A stretch of 64,000 nt of DNA from Malacoraja senta (taxonomy: Eukaryota), in contig CM075995.1 in the NCBI GenBank assembly GCA_038087875.1, positions 4,218,001-4,282,000 on the forward strand. Direction: 5' to 3'. The notes under the pieces are model-generated. The model had not been told where the DNA came from. It made no database searches and worked only from the letters and a program-made list of their open reading frames with translations. Made by a program: the position numbers and the translations under genes. Positions 12,610-25,653 of this stretch are shown piece after piece (position 1 is the stretch's first letter; each line of letters starts with the position of its first letter).

Positions 12610-12833
12610 TAGGAAAGGAACTGCAGATGCTGGTTCAAACTGAAGATATCCACAAAATGCTGGAGTAACTCAGCGGGACAGGCAGCATCTCTGGAGAGAA
12701 GGAATGGGTGACGTTTTGGGTCAAGACCATTCTTCGGAGTCTGAAGAAGGGTCTCAACTCAAAACATCACCCATTCCTTCTCTCTAGAGATGCTGCCTGT
12801 CCCGCTGAGTTACCCCAGCATTTTGTGTCCATC
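12610..12833. mobile_element. Inverted dimer of Penelope pLTR/hammerhead units with 14-bp TSD
   Basis: Arms are reverse complements; TCATGGAAGATGTG at 12596-12609 and 12834-12847. Confidence 0.88.
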
Positions 12834-13062
12834 TCATGGAAGATGTGATCCATTGCAGTCTTGATCTAGCAGCCAGTCTGTAAACTACAAAACAATGCTG
12901 CACTCCAAAATTCCTTAAAAATGTAAAACTAAAAAGCCAGTTTCATTTACAGGTCATGATTACATGTGGACTTGGGAACAGTTCCAATCTTGCAACACTG
13001 TTGCACAGAGCCAAAGGAAGAATAAATTCACAAAGTTCTTTTATCTTGAAAACAGAAAACAG

Positions 13063-13265
13063 ATTCTCTGCCTCAGGTGGAGGCAGGTTCTCTGGATACT
13101 TTCAAGAGAGAGCTAGATAGGGTTCTTAAAGATAGCGGAGTCAGGGGATATGGGGAGAAGGCAGGAACAGGGTACTGATTGGGGATGATCAGCCATGATC
13201 ACATTGAATAGCGGTGCTGGCTCGAAGGGCCGAATGGCTTACTCCTGCACCTATTGTCTAGTGTC
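13063..13265 (+). mobile_element. CR1 3' end
   Basis: Matches 1135-1335. Confidence 0.85.
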
Positions 13266-13814
13266 AGAACTTCCCTTCAAATAATTAATTTGCGAAGTGG
13301 AGGAGAGGGTGGAAGGGGATGTTGGGTGCGGACATTCTGAGCATTAGCTGCTAATTCTGTTGGTGTTTGAGAGCTGTAGTTTTAAAATTAATCGGAAGCA
13401 ATGCTTACCAGAATCTAAACTGGGCAACCGATTCCAATTGCTCAAGACAGGTTTCGCCTTGTTGTATTTCTGCAATATTCCTCTTTCTGCTCCTGCATCT
13501 TCCCCAAACAGTCCTCCATCTAGTATCCTTGTTTAACTGATTATTTCCCTGGGTCACTCACTTTCACGGCGATTTTTGTAAGCCCTTTCCTTCATTATTG
13601 ATTTGTTCCTTTGGTTCTGATTTTTGTTTACGTATCTTAAAATCTGCGGCTTTAATGCTCATGAGATTACACGGCATCTTTCACTTTTCTTTCCCTGTTC
13701 GGCACTCCCTCTCTCAATCCCTCCTTCTGTTCAGACACACATCGTACCATCTTCACCTTTCAGGCGAGAGTTTGTTACAGAGAACAGTCAGTCTTGTCTT
13801 CTATTCACAGATGT

Positions 13815-15101
13815 TTAACCATATAACAATTTTTACAGCACGGAAACAGGCCATCACGACCCTTCTAGTCCGTGCCGAACACGTATTCTCCCCTAGTCCC
13901 ATATACCTGCGCTCAGACCATAACCCTCCATTCCTTTCCCGTCCATATAACTATCCAATTTATTTTTAAATGATAAAAACGAACCTGCCTCCACCACCTT
14001 CACTGGAAGCTCATTCCACACAGCCACCACTCTCTGAGTAAAGAAGTTCCCCCTCATGTTACCCCTAAACTTCTGTCCCTTAATTCTCAAGTCATGTCCC
14101 CTTGTTTGAATCTTCCCTACTCCCAATGGGAAAAGCTTATCCACGTCAACTCTGTCTATCCCTCTCATCATTTTAAAGACCTCTATCAAGTCCTCCCTTA
14201 ACCTTCTGCGCTCCAAAGAATAAAGCCCTAACTTGTTCAACTTTTCTCTGTAACTTAGTTGTTGAAACCCAGGCAACATTCTAGTAAATCTCCTCTGTAC
14301 TCTCTCTATTTTGTTGACATCCTTCCTATAATTAGGCGACCAAAATTGTACACCATACTCCAGAATTGGCCTCACCAATGCCTTGTACAATTTTAACATT
14401 ACATCCCAACTTCTATATTCAATGCTCTGATTTATAAAGGCCAGCACCCCAAAAGCTTTCTTTACCACCCTATCTACATGAGATTCCACCTTCAGGGAAC
14501 TATGCACAGTTATTCCTAGATCCCTCTGTTCAACTGCATTCCTCAATTCTCTACCATTTACCATGTACGTCCTAATTTGATTTGTCCTGCCAAGATGTAG
14601 CACCTCACACTTATCAGCATTAAACTCCATCTGCCATCTTTCAGCCCACTCTTCCAACCGGCATAAATCTCTCTGTAGACTTTGAAAATCTACTTCATTA
14701 TCCACAGCCCCACCTATCTTAGTATCATCTGCATACTTACTAATCCAATTTACCACACCATCATCCAGATCATTGATGTACATGACAAACAACAGTGGAC
14801 CCAACACAGATCCCTGTGGCACCCCACTAGTCACTGGCCTCCAACCTGACAAACAACCATCCACCATTACTCTCTGGCATCTCCCATTCAGCCACTGTTG
14901 AATCCATCTTGCTACTCCACCATTAATACCCAACCATTGAACCTTCTTAACCAACCTTCCGTGAGGAACCTTGTCAAAGGCCTTACTGAAGTCCATATAT
15001 ACAACATCCACGGCTTTACCCTCATCAATTTCCCGAGTAACCTCTTCAAAAAATTCAAGAAGATTAGTCAAACATGCCCTTCCAGGCACAAATCCATGTT
15101 G
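13815..15101 (-). mobile_element. Young CR1 LINE (distinct subfamily), 5'-truncated, uninterrupted ORF2 C-terminal ~400 aa
   Basis: ORF 13893..15140: QHGF..CLTNL, YMDFSKAFDKV, GVPQGSVLGPLLF, KYADDTK with no stops; 3' UTR matches 31580-31910. Confidence 0.95.
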
Positions 15102-15812
15102 AGAGCAGAAACAGGCCATTCGGCCCAGCGATCCCCGCACACCATCACTATTCTACACACGCTAGGGACAATTTACAATTTTTACCAAAGCCAAATATCC
15201 TACAAACCTGTACATCTTTAGAGTGTGGGAGGAAACCAGAGCAACTGGAGAAAAGCCACGCAGGTCACGGGGAAAACATGTAAAATCTTTACAGACAAGC
15301 ACCCGTAGTCAGGGTGGAACCCAGGCCTCTGGTGCTGTAAAGGGGCTGTCCCACTGTGGCGACCTAATCCGCAAGTTCTGGCGAGTTTGCCATCGACTCA
15401 TACTCGCAGCATGGTCAACACGAGGTCCTAGGAGGTCTTTGTAACTCTCCTTCATGCTCAAGAGTAGTCCCCGCATACTCGAGGCCTTAGCTAGGTCGCT
15501 GCGTATTTTTCAACATGTTGAAAAATGCCCGCGAGTAAAAAGAGGTCGCCATGGAAAAAATCGATACTTTTTTTACTCGTAGGTTTAGTCGAAGTAGTTC
15601 GGCATGTTATTCGTAGGTAATCGAGGGTAGTCGTAGATAGTCTTCGACATAGTCGAAGGAGGTCGAAGGAGGTCTTCTACATAGTCGAAGGAGGTCTTCA
15701 ACATGACATTTTTTCAAACTCTCCTAAACTCTTCTAAACTCGCCAATTTTAGGTCGCCGCAGTGGGACAGCCCCTTAAGGCAGCAACTCTACCGCTGTAC
15801 CACTGTACCACC
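15102..15812 (-). mobile_element. V-SINE split by a Harbinger-type MITE
   Basis: The SINE sequence GCTGTAAGGCAGC is interrupted at TAA. Confidence 0.85.
15341..15775. mobile_element. PIF/Harbinger-type MITE (TAA TSD)
   Basis: TAA|AGGGGCTGTCCCACTG...CAGTGGGACAGCCCCT|TAA. Confidence 0.9.
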
Positions 15813-15964
15813 CACAGTGTATTTCCAGTATTACACAGATAACCAGCTTTGGCCAATAAATGTTTTACCTTGTGAAACAAATGATAAAATTGGTCAGGAT
15901 AACAATCAACAACAATGGAATAGGGACGTAGACCACCCCATGTGATCTGTGGCAGGTGAATATA

Positions 15965-16310
15965 GTTGGATTCATGGGGGGTGGTTTTGGAGGGGAGGAT
16001 GCTCCTCAAACTGCGAGATGTTCCATTTACACATCTTGGACAATGCAGCTCACCCCCTCCATGACACACTGGTCAATCTGAGGAGCACCTTCAGCAACAG
16101 ACTGGTTCCACAAAGATGCAGGACAGAATGCCACAACTCCTCCCCTTTCTGTCGTGGGGTAGACTGACTCCCCAACCTCTCCCCAATCTCTGCACATCCC
16201 CAATCCTTTCCACTCGTCACTTTAATTTCATCTTTCATGTATTTTGTGTTTTATGACAGTCGGCAGATCAATTTCCCTGCTGGGATAAATAAAGTTCTAT
16301 CGTATCGTAG
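15965..16310 (+). mobile_element. Rex1/Babar-like LINE 3' end (second family)
   Basis: ILDNAAHPLH..RSTFSNRL; AATAAA followed by an ATCGT-type tail; sister copy at 50536-50872. Confidence 0.7.
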
Positions 16311-19156
16311 ACTAAACCAATGTTTGCTGTATGCTGCAGTGTGTTATTTTGGTGGGCGGTGGGGCTGGTGGAACGCATATGATTCTCTGCTATAGCGTAT
16401 GTAGGCTTGATACCAATATGATGCCATAAGAAGGACCACACTTGAAAGCATGAGGCCATGCTCATCTTACCGACACAGTCCGCAGACCGAGGTGCCTTGT
16501 GAGGGCGTAGAGAGACTTGGAAAGGCAAAGTTGAAAACAAAGAACTCTCAAACATTTGTGGTGAATCCTCGAAGCCTTCCATCACTGATGGTACTTCATG
16601 GACAACCAGTGATATGAGGGCACATGGTCACTTAAGAAGACTATTCAACCCAACAACATGTGGATCAAAGTTCTATCCAACTGATTTACTCCCTTGTTCT
16701 TCACCATTTCTCTGCTACTTGTAACTCTTCCAAGTACATGTGTAATTCCTCTTTGGAAGTTACGAGTGAATCTTCCTCCAGCAGCTTTTTTAAACTGCAT
16801 TGTATCAGATCTTGATTAGTACGGGTGTATGGGGAGAAGGCGGGAGAATGGGGTTGAGAGGGGAAGATAGATCAGCCATGATTGAATGGCAGAGTAGACT
16901 TGATGGGCCAAATGGCCTAATTCTGCTCCTATAATGTATAAACATGAACAGTGTATTCCAAATCATAAAACGTGCAACGTACAATAAGTTCTCCCATCTC
17001 CCACATACTTAGCCAGCTATAGGTATTAACATAAATAAATTCACTGGCTTTGAATGAAAACCCACAATTGATACTGAGCCTCTGAAGGTACTGACTCGGA
17101 TTCTATGCTTAATTGTCTTTCCCATGTACCGCCTCCTGAACCTAGTGTCTAAACACAATGAACTAACTTCAACTGAGCGACTGCACTATTATAACTCTCT
17201 ACATATTTTGCCTCCCTGTCCCTCTTTGTCAATCAATCATAATTCAACCAAACTGCTAGAATGGTTCTGGGATCTAAGGGAACTGACTTACTGAAGGAAC
17301 GAGAGAAGGCTGCAAGGATCTAAGAATCATTTTATATAGTAGTTTGCTCTGCGATCACCAATTACTTCCATATATTTAGTAATGGCATCTAAAGTACCTG
17401 CCACGGTGACATGGAATGATTACAGCATAGTAGGTAAGGTAGATACAGCGGTCACATGGGCAATTCAGCTAATTACATAAATCTGCGGTTAAATGCATGT
17501 ATTCAGTACTAAAAACTATTAAGCTTATGGATTGCCATTAAAACATCTGCAGCTTCACTCAGGAGCTTTGGAGATGGAAAATTTGCCACACTTGGCATGG
17601 TCTGGCTTGTACTTTGCTGTTGTAAATCACCACAGTGCCGCCTGAAATAGCCAAGTGAGCCACATTTGTATCAATGTGCTACCACAGTCACTAGCAATAG
17701 CTCATGATGGAGCCTCCTTACCTCCTCTCCGGGGTAATTGGAGGCAATCAATAGGAGGCGTAAAAATTGCTTCAATGCCCACAATCCATGAGTGAATGTA
17801 AAAAGTTGGCTTGTAAGCCTTTGTTCTCGAGGCAGATTTTCAGAGATGCCTGCTGCGCTTGGTAATATTTTGACATTGTAATCCCCTTTCTATCTGCAAC
17901 ATTCATTAGCCTTGCAAGTGAAGCCACCCCCACCCGCCCCCCCCCCCCACCCACCCCCCCACCCACCCCCCCACCAACCCCCCCACCCCCCAATTAAGCA
18001 TTTTCACCCATGCCAAGGATTATAAATAGCAATACCATCGCTGCTCTGCACTGAAGTGCCGCCTCTGGAACCTGTACATAATTGTTAAAAATCATCCGCT
18101 AATTATTCAATTGGCATTGCCAGTTCATGATCATGCGAGCACACTCGTAAATAGTTTAGTTTACTTTAGTTTCGGAGATACAGCGCGGAAACAGGCCCTT
18201 TAGTCCACCGATTCCGCGCCGACCAGCGATCCCCGCATATTTACACCACCCTATACGCACTAGGAACAATTTGTAGTTGGGCTTCTTTTGAATCAGGGCG
18301 TTCAGAATTGTTAATCTATAAACTTGCCACAGAGTTTGATTCTTTTTGTCTCCTTCTCTGCGTGTGTGTGGCCCATGGCGATGAAATATCTCCAATAGCT
18401 GCGGAGATTAAACATCCCGCCGATGTCTTACCGGGCAGTAGGCATTAAATGTGGACTCAGGAAGTCATAATAAATAAAATAAAACATCCAAATTGATTGA
18501 TATATTTGATATCACTTGTCAATCGTGGTGATATCTATAAATGTGTTGTTGGCCAAGCTATTCAGGAAGCCAAGGGCAAACCTCCCATTGGAGACTTAAC
18601 TTGGTTGGAGTGGGCTGGTATATTTGTTCACTTCAATTTGTTTCCTCCAGCTTAGTAATAGACTGTGTGTTAATCCTTGTGTGGGCCTCTAAAATGTATT
18701 TGAAAACAGTTTGCTAACTTCAATTTCTTTTGCCCCCCATTTTCAATAGGAACAAGTCAACAATCTGTTCATTGACCAGACCTCCAAATGGTGGAGGCGC
18801 TGCAGTGCCACCGTTAGCCAGGAGGGCGTAATTACAGCATGGATTATTAGGATTGGTAGTTTTCATCATGAATGTGGACAATGGGTAACAAAAGGCCAAA
18901 TGTAATTCTCTACAATCAAAACAAATTTATATTGGTGTCCCCTTGCCAATGATACTACCCGCCCTTCGCTTGAAAAGTCCCACGCGCTTTATAAATATGT
19001 CGATCAGAGGACGGCACCGATAAACTAAAACGATTTTGTCCAACTCAATTCACAGTTCCGGCTGGGGAGGACACTAAAGTAATGAGATAAAAGGTGGGAG
19101 CATAATGAAAAGTGAGGAACTGTGTTGTGTTTGCCAACTTGTAATAGCCTGTCGGT

Positions 19157-19264
19157 TCACAGAGCAAAGACGGCAAGTCCTGCAGCCGCTTGCAAGATTT
19201 CATTTTCATCGGCCTCCAGGCTCTCTGCGGCACTCTCCAATATTTCTTCCAAATTATCATCACC
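19157..19264 (-). CDS. DCDC2: Probable terminal coding exon of DCDC2 (GDDNLEEILESAAESLEADENEILQAAAGLAVFAL*)
   Basis: Strong acceptor tgttttgtttttgctttacacag|GGT, phase 0, 36 codons to TGA; acidic, loosely resembles the DCDC2 C-terminus; phase fits the donor at 33327; position next to NRSN1. Confidence 0.65.
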   Translation of the reverse strand, partial: GDDNLEEILESAAESLEADENEILQAAAGLAVFAL

Positions 19265-19457
19265 CTGTGTAAAGCAAAAACAAAACAGTAGTAAGGAAGG
19301 CAAAACCCAAAGAGGACTAGAATACAAAAATAGGGATGTAATGCTGAGGCTCTATAAGGCGCTGGTCAGGCACATTTAAATTACCATGAAACTAATAGCC
19401 TCCTTCCAAGTTGTTATCCATGTGTAGCTGGAGAAAGCCCAAGCACTTTAAATAGGA

Positions 19458-20577
19458 CTAGACCAACTGGGACCCGTTGGGTCCCTGTCACACAGGAGGT
19501 TTGGTCCCCCAACTCAACCCGTTGTCGAACGTAAGATTCCAGCATTCCCCTGCCTCACCCAGCACTGGACTTTAAAAAAATTCCAATTGCACTTCCCCAA
19601 TTGCAATATCAATTCATCCTCACCCTCCTGTCCTGCCAGGAGCTGGAGTAAATGCAACCCGTTCCCCAACGTAATATTGCACCACTAACTCGTAGCCCCC
19701 AAGGGAGGCGTGGTCCCCCAAATCAACCTGTTCCTGAAAGTAAGATTCCAGCACTCCCCTGCCTACCTCAGCACTGGAATTTAAAAAAAAATCTAATTGC
19801 ACTTCCCCTGCCTGCCACAGCAGTTCCAATTGCAATACCAATTCACCCTTCCCTTCATGTTGAAGGACTTGCTGCCAGGAGCTGGAGTAAGTGTTGCAAA
19901 TGTTGGGTGGAGGACTGTGATATCCCATTCAGGTGAAAAGTTGGTGGAAGCACAGTGTCTTCCTGTATTGCAACTTTGTATCGAACTTTGTCGAAGCTGG
20001 CATTAAGGATTTTAACAGTAAAAATGTTACCGTTAGCTATTTTTAAACCTTTAAGGGCCTGTCTCACTTTCACGACCGAATTCATGACCTCTGCCGAGTT
20101 TGCCCTTGACTCGTACTAGCAGCATGGTCGTCACGAGGTCATAGGAGGTCGTAGGTAGGTCGTAGTAGGCCGTGATGCTAGTCGTAGGTACTCGTGGCAT
20201 CAAGTGGGTCGGGCGTTTATTTCTAGCATGATGAAAAATGTCCACGAGTAAAAAAGGTCGTGAATTAGGTCGTGAAAGTGGGACAGGCCCTTTAAATATC
20301 TATAACGTGAAATATAACATCAAATCTGTATTCATGCCTACTATATTCTGTTGTGCTGAAGCAAAGCAAGAATTTCATTGTCCTATCTGGGACGCATGAC
20401 AATAAACTCTCTTGAATCTTGAATCTTGAATTTTGAATCTGTATGAAACTTTATAGGAACGACCACGGGGAAAAGCTAAGGTGGTGCAAAAATGTTTTGC
20501 GCTCTTGTGTACAGTTTTGGCATACTCCCTTGAGATCATAGAAAGACAGACAAACAAGATGAGACTTTTAATAAGTA
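19458..20577 (-). mobile_element. Non-autonomous Helitron A (contains an internal duplication, a MITE and a LINE-tail insert)
   Basis: Minus-strand 3' end: GGGACCC-AAC-GGGTCCC hairpin then CTAG|T at 19458; its 5' region ends in AGACTTTTAAT like Helitron B. Confidence 0.75.
20054..20291. mobile_element. PIF/Harbinger-type MITE (TTA TSD)
   Basis: TTA|AGGGCCTGTCTCACTTTCACGACC...GGTCGTGAAAGTGGGACAGGCCCT|TTA. Confidence 0.9.
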
Positions 20578-21663
20578 CTAGACTAAGTGGGACCCGTTGG
20601 GTCCCAGCTTCACACGGGAGGACTGGTCCCCTAACGCAATATCCCACCTCTCCGCCAATTCCAATATTACTGGCCAGTGGGAGGGGGGGGGGCGCTTTCT
20701 GGAGCGCTAGCATGGGTTTTGTGGGCTGAAGGGACTGGTTTCCAGAGGGCTGATATGGAAATTGTGGGTCGAATGGATTCTTGGGCTGGCAGCTCAGTCA
20801 CTGAGGCGTGGCACCTCAGTCACTCAGGCCTTGGCAGGCTGGCAGCTCAGAAACTCAGGCCTGGTGGGCTGGCAGCTCAGAAACTGCCAGAAATTCTGTT
20901 GAAAACAGGTGACAGACTCCGTGAGAGAGAAGGGGGAGACGGTGGACAATCAATTTTAGACATTTTCTTTTTTTTTTACAGATCACAGCAATGAAGGAGG
21001 AAAGTATCCTTGCGTGGATCTCTGGAGCGCTAGTATGGGTGTTGTGGGCTGAAGGGACTGGTTTCCAGAGGGCTAGTATGGACATTGTGGACTGAATGGA
21101 TTCTTGGACTTGCAGTTCAGTGTGTCATGGCTGGTGTGGTGGCAGTTCACAGTTATCCCTCCTCCCTTCAGCCCTCAACTCTGCTCCTTGCCATTCCCCT
21201 CCCCCCACGCATTCAGTCCCTCCCCCCTCAACCTCCCCCCCCCCTCCACCATGCACTCTTAGTGGCTCTCCGACAGCGCAGCCATTCCTGCCTATTTGGT
21301 ACCCATTGTGATGAAGAACACGCAGACATAGCAAGTGGAAAAAGGATTTATTAAAATTTAAAATGTGAATGAGTCTTAAAACATTGCAAGTCCAACCTCA
21401 CAGCACTCCAAGCAGAGTGCAGGCAGCAAGTCCAACCTCACAGCACTCCAAGCACTCCAACAGATGCACACACAGGGACGCAAGCACAGGGACACACACA
21501 AACAGATACTCACACACACCTATACACACAAAACGACACTCACATACACACACACACACTCATACAAACACATACACACACTCACACACACAAAGATACA
21601 CACACATACACACACAAATACAAACACACACATACACACAAACACAAAGACACACAGACAAAC

Positions 21664-21694
<31 letters not shown>

Positions 21695-23023
21695 AACACG
21701 CACACAAAGACACACAAACACAAAGACACACACGCATACACACAAACACAAAGACACACACAAACACAAAGACACACCTATGCAAACACACACACCTATG
21801 CACACACACAGACACAAACCTATGCACACACACACACCTATGCACACACACACACACTGACACACACCTATACACACACATACAGACACACACACCTACA
21901 GACACACACCTATAGACACACCCCTATACACACACCCCTATACACACACCCCTATACACACGCACCTATACACACACTCACACACTCACACACAGCACCA
22001 ATACTAAAATGCCAAGTAACTTCAAAACATGGTAAGCATACTGAATCCTGTTACTAACCATATACTCTATGTAAGTAGTTTGAAAATAAGAACACAGGTG
22101 TGTCTAAACCAAATGATTCAAATGTTTAAAGCCTTTTTTATTCTGAAACTCCTCTCGAGCTGCTGCTACTGCAAACACATGCTTTAAATAACTTTCAACA
22201 AACACACACACGGTTCAGGGCGGCGTCTCCACTTTGGGCCTTCCGCACTCAGCGCCACCTCTGGACTCACCAGAAATGATGCAATCAGCACCACCTCTCC
22301 ACTAAGTGGAAATTACACAATCAGCGCCACCTCTCTACCAAGCGGAAGTCACAGAATGAGCAGCAATTTTGCATTAAACAGTCCTGATCTAATAAGACGT
22401 TTATTCACGTTTTTTCCTTCCAAAAAACACATTTGACAGCAAATGACAGCAAGCCACATTTAAAATGCAAGCCACATTTAAAAAGCAAAACACATTTTAA
22501 AATAAAGGCACAGTTTAAAGGCACTTTTCAATTAGCCACTCTTTTCAATTAGCGGCACAGTTAAAAGGCACAGTTAAAAGGCACAATAAAACATTTATTC
22601 CTTCCAAGCACAGTTCCAAATAAACCACAGAAAAGCACAGAAAACCACACTCAGTTTAGTAGACATGTGTTCAATGTTCAGTTGATTCACAGCTCAGACT
22701 GAGAGTCGTGACCTCTTCACTCCCCCCCCCCATCTTGCAGCGACTGAGGCATGTCCACCCTTCCGGGTTTTTTGTCCCTCCCCCTCCCACTGGAAGGGGC
22801 GTGGCCTTCAATGCATGATTGACAGGAGAGAGAATTTCAACATTATTTTAACATTAATAAGTCTTTTATTTTTCATCGATGGGAAAAATCCTCTTGCCCT
22901 GACAGCTGGAGGGGGACTGAGTAAGATGGCCAAAGATCACAGCCGTAAGTAGTTGCGTTTTTTCTAAAATCAATATACAGTACAAACAGGAAGTGGTCAA
23001 GTTTAGACTTTTAATTATATAGA
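20578..23023 (-). mobile_element. Non-autonomous Helitron B with both termini (about 2.4 kb)
   Basis: Minus strand A|TCTATATAATTAAAAG at 23023 ... TGGGACCC-AAC-GGGTCCCA hairpin, CTTAGT, CTAG|T at 20578. Confidence 0.85.
21460..21995. repeat. Degenerate (CA)n-rich low-complexity tract inside Helitron B
   Basis: Interrupted CA repeats; explains the HTHT/VCVC ORFs. Confidence 0.95.
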
Positions 23024-23732
23024 TGTGCTTCAACACATAAACACACACACACACACAACATTAACTTGGAACTTGCAAAACTATAGTTGGATCAATTTAG
23101 TAACAACAGAAACCGTGTACCACTGTGGAAATATTGGTCCACGTGTGTTGGCAGAAAGCAAAAGGAAATGTCTAACTTTAAGCAATTGATTGTCAGAAAT
23201 GGGCCTTGAAATTATGCTAGAATGTTCCCAGGAATAAAAAACAAAACTGTTTGAGTGAGTGAGTGAGTGAGTGAGCGAGTGAGCGAGTGAATTAGCGGGT
23301 GAATTAGCGGGTGAGTTAGCTAACCCCTCTCCTAAAGGGGAGATGCATCATGGCTGCATCAGATGCTGGGTGTATTGTAGGAAGCACATTTGACCTGGAA
23401 CACACCAAGAACATGGGAAAACAATGGGCTCCAGTACTGGTGCTGTGCCAAATGGGTTGATAGAGCAGATGGAAATTAGGAAAGATGCCCTATATCTAGC
23501 CTGACATAAACATGCTGGAAAGACAGTGGGAGCAGAGAGTCGTGGAGCTACAAGGACCGGGATGCAATGGCACAAATATTCAATGACCTTAAGCATATGG
23601 TCAAGCTCAGTGTATGCATCTTCAAATGCCAGATACTGCAACAATTGCTTCCGGAACTGATCCATTCACTACTCAGTCAATCGCTATCAGTCAGATGCAA
23701 TACCTAAAATGCTCACCGTCGCCTTACACACG

Positions 23733-24255
23733 TTCAGTTCAGTTTAGTTTATTGTCACGTGTACCGAGGTACAGTGAAAAGCTTTTGTTGCTTGCTGACC
23801 AGTCAGCAGGAAGGCAATACATGATTACAATCGAGCCATTTACAGTGTACAGATACACGATAAGGGAATAATGTTTAGTGCAAGGTAAAGCCAGGAAAGT
23901 CCGATCAAGGATAGTCCGAGGGTCACCAAAGAGGTAGATAGAAGTTCAGCACTGCTCTCAGCAGATTCAGGGCCAATTTCTTCCCAGCTGTTATCAGGCA
24001 ACTGAATTATCATACCACAACCAGAGAGCAATGCTGAACTACTATCCACCTCTGATGTCTCTCGGACTATCCTTGAGCAGACTTTGCGGGCTTTACCTTG
24101 CACTAAACGTTGTTCCCTTATCATGTATCTATACACTGTAAATGGCTCGATTGTAATCATGTATTTTCTTTCTGCTGACTGGTTATCACGCAACAAAAAG
24201 CTCTTCACTGTACCTCGGTACACGTGCCAATAAACTAAACTGAAACTGAACTGAA
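23733..24255. mobile_element. Two Rex1/Babar-like 3' ends in inverted, tail-out orientation
   Basis: About 23733-23960 is the reverse complement of about 24025-24255. Confidence 0.8.
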
Positions 24256-24906
24256 GTCAATCTTTCATTCTGATTTGGCATTTCAGTCAAAGGAGTTCCT
24301 AAATAATGATTGCACCTTTGGCAAACATCAAGCAAAAATTGAGGCAGAAGAAAGGCAGCTTTAAAACAAAGCAAATCGACTCTAAAGCAACAAACAACCA
24401 AGACAACACAAACATAGTTACATAGAGCTTGATATCTAATCGCAGGGAACAGAGGAGCATCTGGGACCGAGAAATCAATGAAACAGCTAACATGATTTAT
24501 TGGATTTTTTATTTAAAAGCACACTATCTCTCAGTTCTTTTACTGTTCGGAAACCTCTTTTACTTTTTTTTAAATGAGTTGGTCAATGTAATTAAGGCAG
24601 GAAAACAATAAGTAATTAAAAATTAATTACTGATTTTATTTTTTAATTGATGCTCTTTCATTTCCAGTTCCATTCTCTTGCGTTCTCAAACAGAGAATAA
24701 CACTTGGTAATTTTAGAAAGATCAGTGATTGCAGACTCTGATTTGTTAAATTGGGTCAAGTTACAGCGAAGGGTAGCAAGGAAGGTGGGGGTTGAGAAAG
24801 AGTGCAGAGAAATATTGGGGAAAGCTCTGAATTAAATACTGATTCAACTATCAAATTTGTTGCTCTCAACTAGTTTAGGGCATGGAGGAATCTTTATCAC
24901 CACACA

Positions 24907-25338
24907 TCATAAGGTCATAAGTGATAGGAGCTTAAATTAGGCCATTCGGCCCATCAAGCCTACTCCGCCATTCATTCATGGCTGATCTATCGCTCCCTCC
25001 TAACCCCATTCCCCTGCCTTCTCCCCATAACCCCTGACACCCATACTAATCAAGAATCTATCTATCTCTGCCTTAAAAGTATCAATTGACGGCCTCCACA
25101 GCCTTCTGCAGCAAAGAATTCCACAGATTCACCACTCTCTGACTAAAGAAACTCCTCCTCATCTCCTTCCTCAAGGAACATCCTTTCATTCTGAGGCTAT
25201 GACCACTAGTCCTACACTCTCCCACTAGTGGAAATATCCTCTCCATATCCACTCTATCCGAGCCTTTCACTATTTGGTACATTTCAATGAGGTGTCCCCT
25301 CATTCTTCTAAACTCCAGCAAGTCTACAGGCCCAGTGT
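24907..25338 (-). mobile_element. CR1 3' fragment
   Basis: ORF 25082..25321 (LEFRRMRG..FFSQRVVNLWNSL). Confidence 0.88.
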
Positions 25339-25434
25339 ACAGATAATATCGGAAGGCATTTGTTGAATTTTACCATTTCTGATTTAAAGATTAAACCACA
25401 TTTGAAAGTTTACATTTGTAGCTGATATTTATCA

Positions 25435-25653
25435 TAAGTAGACACAAAATGCTGGAGTAACTCAGCGGGTCAGGCAGCATCTCTGGAGAACAGGAATGGT
25501 TCGAGACCCTTCTTCAGACCAAAGAGTCTGAAGAAGTCTCAAACAGAACGTCACCTATTCCTTTTCTCCTGAGATGCTGCCTGACCCACTGAGTTACCCC
25601 AGCATCTTGTGGCTATTTTCGGTGTTAACCAGCAACTGCAGTTCCTTCCTACA
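25435..25653. mobile_element. Inverted pLTR/hammerhead dimer with 11-bp TSD
   Basis: GATATTTATCA at 25424-25434 and 25654-25664; inverted arms. Confidence 0.85.

Noticed and set aside
13400..13810. Purine-rich minus-strand segment that looks coding
   Set aside because: Stops in the frames examined and no recognisable homology or splice structure
19045..19263. 72-aa ORF MMIIWKKY
   Set aside because: Alternative frame of the proposed terminal exon; the acceptor phase supports GDDNLEE
21369..22057. His/Thr- and Cys/Val-rich ORFs (also near 41111-41474, 53644-54107 and 56544-57102)
   Set aside because: Dinucleotide repeat artefacts
22250..22340. Three CAGC(G/A)CCACCTCT motifs as CTCF sites inside Helitron B
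   Set aside because: Only half of the CTCF consensus matches, and there is no supporting data
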